Of a stretch of DNA of 64,000 bases, positions 57,299 to 64,000 are shown piece by piece. The DNA lies in assembly GCA_964016885.1 (NCBI GenBank), contig OZ024752.1, positions 10,540,001 to 10,604,000 on the forward strand, read 5' to 3'. Numbering within the stretch: position 1 is the stretch's first letter; the number at the start of each line of letters is the position of its first letter. Position numbers and translations under genes: made by a program. The stretch comes from Eledone cirrhosa. Taxonomy: Eukaryota. The notes below the pieces were generated by a model. The model did not search any database and was not told the DNA's origin. It saw nothing but the letters and a program-made list of their open reading frames with translations.

Positions 57299-57351
<53 letters not shown>

Positions 57352-57521
57352 ATATAAAAATTAGAATTGGAGCTCTGAAATCACAATATATATATGGATG
57401 TATATATAATGTATTTTGCAATACAATTTATGCTTAATTAAAAGCATTTTGAAGACCGTAAGCTATTGTTTTAAAGTAGTGACAATTTCACTCACTTTGA
57501 TCTCAGCAAACAGTGGAGATA

Positions 57522-57565
57522 AGCCGACAAGACTTGTTTCGCTTTGGTTGAAGCTTATCAAGGCC
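57522..57565 (-). ncRNA. U3-A8 type I hammerhead (monomer 1)
   Basis: GGCC-TTGATAA-GCTT(CAACCA)AAGC-GAAA-CAA(GTC)TTG-TC-GGCT. Confidence 0.75.
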
Positions 57566-58628
57566 AACTAACCCCCCTGTCTGCTGAGATCATTGATGTT
57601 ATATTCTTATAGAAATCTAGTAAATAATCAGGAGCTAATTATGCAGAGCGGTTGTTGGTCAGGCAGAAATTAAAAATTAGAATTGGAGCTCTGAAATAGC
57701 AATATATATATGGATGTATATATAATGTATTTTGCAATACACTTCATGCTTAATTAAAAGCATTTTGAAGACCGTAAGCTATTGTTTTAAAGTAGTGACA
57801 AATTCACTCACTTTGATCTCACCAAACAGGGGAGATAAGTCTACAAGGCTTGTTTCGCTTTGGTTGAAGCTTATCAAGGCCAACTAACCCACCTGTCTGC
57901 TGAGATCATTGATGTTATATTCTTATAGAAATCAATCTAGTAAATAATCAGGAGCTGATTATGCAGAGCGGTTGTTGGTCAGGCAGAAATTAAAAATTAG
58001 AATTGGAGCTCTGAAATAGCAATATATATATGGATGTATATATAATGTATTTTGCAATACACTTTATGCTTAATTAAAAGCATTTTGAAGACCGTAAGCT
58101 ATTGTTTTAAAGTAGTGACACATTCACTCACTTTGATCTCAGCAAACAGGGGAGATAAGTCTACAAAACTTGTTTCGCTTTGGTTGAAGCTTATCAAGGC
58201 CAACTAACCCACCTGTCTGCTGAGATCATTGATGTTATATTCTTATAGAAATCTAGTAAATAATCAGGAGCTGATTATGCAGAGCGGTTGTTGGTCAGGC
58301 AGAAATTAAAAATTAGAATTGGAGCTCTGAAATAGCAATATATATATGGATGTATATATAATGTATTTTGCAATACACTTTATGCTTAATTAAAAGCATT
58401 TTGAAGACCGAAAGCTATTGTTTTAAAGTAGTGACAAATTCACTCACGGTCTTCAAAATGCTTTTAATTAAGCATAAAGTGTATTGCAAAATACATTATA
58501 TATACATCCATATATATATTGCTATTTCAGAGCTCCAATTCTAATTTTTAATTTCTGCCTGACCAACAACCGCTCTGCATAATCAGCTCCTGATTATTTA
58601 CTAGATTTCTGTAAGAATATAACATCAA

Positions 58629-58723
58629 TGATCTCAGCAGACAGGTGGGTTAGTTGGCCTTGATAAGCTTCAACCAAAGCGAAACAAGTCTTGTCGGCTT
58701 ATCTCCCCTGTTTGCTGAGATCA
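58629..58723 (+). ncRNA. U3-A8 type I hammerhead with extended stem I (inverted monomer)
   Basis: Core 58656-58699, GUC site at 58693-58695; outer helix TGATCTCAGCAGACAGG / CCTGTTTGCTGAGATCA. Confidence 0.8.
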
Positions 58724-59343
58724 AAGTGAGAGAATTTGTCACTACTTTAAAACAATAGCTTACGGTCTTCAAAATGCTTTTAATTAAGCATAAAGTGTAT
58801 TGCAAAATACATTATATATACATCCATATATATATTGCTATTTCAGAGCTCCTATTCTAATTTTTAATTTCTGCCTGACCAACAACCGCACTGCATAATC
58901 AGCTCCTGATTATTTACTAGATTTCTATAAGAATATAACATCAATGATCTCAGCAGACAGGTGGGTTAGTTGGCGTCGATAAGCTTCAACCAAAGCGAAA
59001 CAAGTCTTGTAGGCTTATCTCCCCTGTTTGCTGAGATCAAAGTGAGTGAATTTGTCACTACTTTAAAACAATAGCTTACAGTCTTCAAAATGCTTTTAAT
59101 TAAGCATAAAGTGTATTGCAAAATACATTATATATACATCCATATAAAGATATATATATATATATAAACATATATATATATAAAGAGGTGTGGTAAGGCA
59201 CCAAGTTATGCACCAGAGTACTCAATACTTAGGGTAGTAGAGTGGGTAATAGGTAAAGATTCAGGACTCCGACGGCTGAGCTCTGAGCGTTTCGACAGCT
59301 GCTGTCGAAACGGCCGCAGCTCAGCCGTCGGGGTATTGACTCT

Positions 59344-59397
<54 letters not shown>

Positions 59398-59399
59398 AT

Positions 59400-60338
59400 A
59401 CAATATATAGAGAGAAACACAGATACATGCGGACACATACATATACATGAATATATCCACACATATCCTTCTTGACCGCTGTATCACGTAATTGACTCTC
59501 CCTCCGCCTTTTCGAGATTCTATCTCGCGCATTGCAGACGTGTTTTGACATCCTTAATGAGGTATCCCCTTGATAAGTCGGCAGAACCTCACAAAAACCT
59601 TATATCTCTATGATCTAGTGTTTTTGCATAATATGCCACGAAACTACGTAGTCGGGGACTGAAGAGCCAGCTAAGTATGATATATCTTATTACTAATTAT
59701 ATCTAATGTTTCTTCTCTCTTCATAATGTACTTTATAGCTCTGATACTGAATCAGTCTAATCCATTCGGATAGTTCTGTCCCAGTTATTCATAGAGCAAC
59801 ATAGGTTGAGGTTTACACCACTAACACAGGGATATGTGTGGATATATTCAAGTATATGTATGTGTCCGCATGTATCTGTGTGTTTCTCTCTATATATTGT
59901 TTATAACTCCCTTTGGTCGAGTAACCTTTGAAGTGTAGTGACTGCTGGATAGTTACCATTACTCATACTTCTCGCCTCCTCAAACCACCTCTTCTACGGT
60001 TTTAATATGAATACCGCCTCCGCCTCCGTGTTATTTTTTCAGGGTTATAAGGATCTTAGCTCTGTTTGTTGACCGCTTTATCACGTGATTGACTCTCCCT
60101 CCGCCTTTTCGAGATTCTATCTCGCGCATTGCAAACGTGTTTTGAAATGCTTAATGAGGTATCCCCTTGATAAGTCGCTTGATAAGTAGGCAGAACCTCA
60201 CAAAAACTCTATATCTCTATGATCTTGTGTTTTTGCATAATATGCCACGAAACTACGCAGTCAGGGACTGAAGAACCAGCTAGGTTGATATATCTTATTA
60301 CTAATTATATCTAATGTTTCTTCTCTCTTCATAATGTA
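59400..60338. mobile_element. ~597-bp unit with partial tandem copy and inverted terminal segment
   Basis: Direct repeat 59472-59730 / 60069-60338; inverted repeat 59400-59468 / 59830-59900; GAAA-CTACGTAG-TC half-HHR at 59640-59653. Confidence 0.75.
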
Positions 60339-60388
<50 letters not shown>

Positions 60389-61129
60389 GGGCGTGTGGGG
60401 GGTATGTGTGTGTGGGGGGGATATGTGGGTTTGTTTTGAGTGTGTGAGTGAGTGTGTATCTGCAAAATGAGACGGGCAATTCGTGCATTAACAACAAATT
60501 AACACTTGCAGTAATAGTTTGTGCAATATATTGTAGGACGCTCCTTTTCTAAGCTACATAAAAGGCGAAAAGGAAACATAATTGACAGGTACATTTACGG
60601 GTGCCCATCGTAAAATAGATATAAATGTATAAAGAATTACGACGAGAAGTACTTGGAAGATGTACTTAACTTGTTCGATTTGCAACATGCCAGAGAAATG
60701 GACAAAATTGAAAATTTAGACTTACGTCACAACTTGCGATAGCGTTACAGAGCTAATTATCAAAGGTGTGTTACCTTCAAATGTTGATAGATATAAGTCA
60801 AAAATCCCCGATTAATTCTAGAGTGAGACAGAAGATAGGAAGAAAGGTAACAAAATAGACAAGGAGATGGTGAAACAGAGAGAAATATAAAGACAGAGAG
60901 GATAGGGAAAGAATGAAACAGTAACAGACGCAAGATGAATAGGGGGAAGGCCATGCGAATTATATTTTAGCAAACTAGTAAGAAATGGTGGCGCATTAAC
61001 ATTGTACATATAAATATAGTATCAACAAATACATAAAGTTACTTGAGACGAACAGACAACAGAAGCTTTAACTACTCAGCCACTATGCTTAAGTTCACTT
61101 TCATGCATTATATATATATATAAATATAA

Positions 61130-62456
61130 ATTCAGCGAGAATCGCATTTCGGCGGGTAGAAAAAGCGAAAATTAAAGCAAATTCAGAGTCATGCTGGCAA
61201 GCGCTCCATAGTTTAAAAAACCAGAGCTATAAACATGTTATAAACGCCATACAAACTGAGAAGGCGGTCAAGAAGGGATTAACCACCTAAGCCAAAAAAC
61301 AAGACAAGCTAAACAGGTCAGACAAAATAAATGACAAAATCATACATATATATATATACATATCAATATATATATAACTAACCTGGACCCATTGGAATTG
61401 ATTGTAAAATCCAAATACAAAGTTTCTGTGACACCTAAATCAATAATTGTTTCTAATTTTGGCACAAGGCCAGCAATTACCCAGTGCATTACTGGTACTT
61501 TATTTTATCGACCTCGTAAGGATGAAAGGCAAAGTTAACCTCGGCGGGATTTGAACTCAGAATGGCAAGGGCCGTAACTCAATGAGTCAAAGTATGGCGT
61601 CCGACCCTCTACCGAAAATGCCAATCCACCGCCCTTTACTGCCAATCCACCGCCCTATCAATATTTCTGCCTGCTTAAAACCATAAGCTTTTGGTATAAT
61701 GATCGAACGAGGAATATCACGTTATCAACAGGTATTTTGTCCTGCGCCAGTGTTGTAAATAACGTAGTGTTTTGTAAAAGCACATGTGTAACTCACAAGG
61801 GGAAAACACCCAGAATTTGGCAAATGAATTCAGTATGTGTAAATCATGCAAACAATTGCATGAATAGCACAAATTAAATAAGCACTCAGCCGGGTAGTTT
61901 TCAAAATAAACTTGTGCAATTAATCTATCAATAAAATTATTAACAGGTTAATTGTAAGACTCGGGAGATTAATACAAATATATATTCGGCGAGAATCGCA
62001 TTTCGGCGGGTAGAAAAAGCGAAAAGGAAGGCAAATTCAGAGTCATGCTGACAAGCGGTCCATAGTTTAAAAATTCAGAGCTATAAACATATGTTATAAA
62101 CGCCATACAAACTGGGAAGGCGGTCAAGAAGGCGTTAACCCCCTAAGCCAAAAAACAAGTCAAGCTAAACAGGTCAGACAAAATAAATGACAAAATCACA
62201 CACACATATATTTATATATATACATATACATGTATATATAACTAACATGGACCCATAGGAATTGATGGTAAAATCCAAATACAGGGTTTCTGTGACAGCT
62301 ATGTCAATAATGCTGTTTGCTTAAAACCATATCTTTTGGTATAATGATCGAACGAGGAATATCACGTTATCAACAGGTAATTTGTTCTGCGCCAGTGTTG
62401 TGAATGACATAGTGTTTTGTAAAAGCACATGTGTAACTCACAAGGGGAAAAACCCC
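61130..62456 (+). repeat. ~470-bp direct duplication (61130-61811 and 61984-62456)
   Basis: Co-linear copies; only the first carries a SINE. Confidence 0.85.
61446..61656 (-). mobile_element. tRNA-derived SINE with ATCAATA target site duplication
   Basis: TSD 61439-61445 / 61657-61663; empty site in the paralogous copy near 62303. Confidence 0.9.
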
Positions 62457-62514
62457 AATATATATATACGTAAAGTTAGGTAAATTATGTCTTCCCGTTC
62501 TTAAAAATTATAAT

Positions 62515-62550
<36 letters not shown>

Positions 62551-62554
62551 CGTG

Positions 62555-62662
<108 letters not shown>

Positions 62663-62677
62663 TGTGTGTGTATGTGT

Positions 62678-62721
<44 letters not shown>

Positions 62722-63553
62722 GTCTATATCTATGTATGTATTGACGCAATAAAAAGAGATATATATATAAATATTGCCCCGCTTTTGCCAAGTGCCAGAA
62801 GATATTACCACATCATGCCATTCAATCTCTGAAATTTCGTCGTTTCCATCGGTACAAATATCAAAACCGGAGTTAAGTTTTCTATGCCACCTCGCTGGAA
62901 TGTTTACAGAGCTTTCTTGCTCAAGCAATTATAATGAGTTAAATGGTTGTTTTCGAAATATTATGAACATTTTAGAAATTTAACTGAGGTATAGTGCATG
63001 CTACAGTCTATGTTACTCTGTAACGGGTATGCAAAGGGAACACATAAGCACATACACACTTAGACATCAATGGAAATATAAATAATTAATATATACAATA
63101 AGTCAGTATACTATAGCTACGAATATATTAAATTTTGTTTTTAAGAAGAGCTTGTGTATATGTGTATCTTTGTTTGTGTGTGTGTGTAGGTCAGTTTAAG
63201 AATTGGAGCATCATAAGGTGCATACATCATAGTGATAAACTATTTAACATAGATCTACACATGAAACCTCAGATACATATATAAGTTTTCTTCAGGTTTT
63301 ATATTGTGTTGATCTGTTGAATATGAAATTGAATTAAATGACAGATTTGAACTTATAAAAGATGAGATCGTTCGTCTTGTTCCTGAGTTGGTAGGAAAAC
63401 ATATTTAGGCATGAGGGTAGTGACAGATATGTACTTTTCTGAGTGACAGATATATATATCTCACACACACACAATAATAAGTTCATACTACATATTCTAT
63501 CCACGCTTTATCCAAAATTAATATCGTTTTTATTAAAATGGTAGCCCCAGTTT

Positions 63554-63620
<67 letters not shown>

Positions 63621-63778
63621 CCTGGTTCAATCGGTAAGAAAGTAACGCAATTAATTAGTAGAGTGTAAACATCATGTTTAATATAGGAATGGTTTCTACA
63701 AGACTAGAACTGTTTCATTCAAAAGAAATCATCTTTCCGTTTGAATGAAATAGTTCTAGACAGACAGAACCCATATTA

Positions 63779-63824
<46 letters not shown>

Positions 63825-63891
63825 AAGGTTTAGCAAATAATGAAAAAGTTTCAAAATAAATTTTAAAAAATTGACTTTACCTACTATAGTT

Positions 63892-63974
63892 ACCTTTACC
63901 GATCGGTTTCGAATCCCAAAAATAAACGGAGACCATACGGCCTTCGTTGCAAAGAAAGATTCTCGTCAGAAGGT
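63892..63974 (-). ncRNA. Type I hammerhead motif
   Basis: ACCTT-CTGACGA-GAATCT...GGATTC-GAAA-CCGATCGG-TA-AAGGT. Confidence 0.8.
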
Positions 63975-64000
63975 TCTTTTCATTCGAAGAATATAAAATT

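Larger units (their letters stand above)
57355..59146. mobile_element. Retrozyme-like 316-bp tandem array, ~3.4 direct plus ~2.2 inverted copies, in (TA)n
   Basis: TTAGAATTGG at 57361, 57677, 57997, 58313; inversion junction at 58446-58447; inverted units start 58446, 58762, 59078; one HHR per full monomer. Confidence 0.85.

Noticed and set aside
57355-59146. CRISPR array or simple satellite
   Set aside because: No unique spacers and eukaryotic context; low copy number, inversion and embedded HHR fit a retro-derived unit better.
62774-62983. Open frames on both strands in unique sequence
   Set aside because: No recognisable domain or convincing splice signals.

Overview
AT-rich, repeat-dense eukaryotic non-coding DNA. 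The SINE sequences and abundant (TA)n/(CA)n tracts suggest an octopus or other coleoid cephalopod (inference). No intact host gene is supported: almost all listed ORFs are translations of microsatellites, and there is one candidate signal-peptide exon at 54801-54891. Recognisable mobile DNA: a 5'-truncated Penelope-like element (PLE) with a GIY-YIG endonuclease and an inverted terminal copy (17087-18722), RTE-type LINE fragments, about 17 tRNA-derived SINE copies, non-autonomous Helitron-like elements, a TTAA MITE and a Tc1 remnant. The main hidden signal is RNA-level. More than 20 type I hammerhead ribozyme (HHR) motifs, read by eye, belong to at least a dozen unrelated short non-coding families. 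Most are fold-back elements inserted in (TA)n tracts. The best case is a 316-bp tandem-plus-inverted array (57355-59146) whose monomer carries an HHR with a covaried U3-A8 core, a retrozyme-like candidate circular-RNA element. One HHR type is shared with the protein-coding PLE, which suggests a PLE-mobilised set of ribozyme-bearing parasites. One fold-back family contains a full tRNA-like cloverleaf. Coordinates were counted by hand and may be off by a few bases; no ribozyme activity or novelty search could be run.
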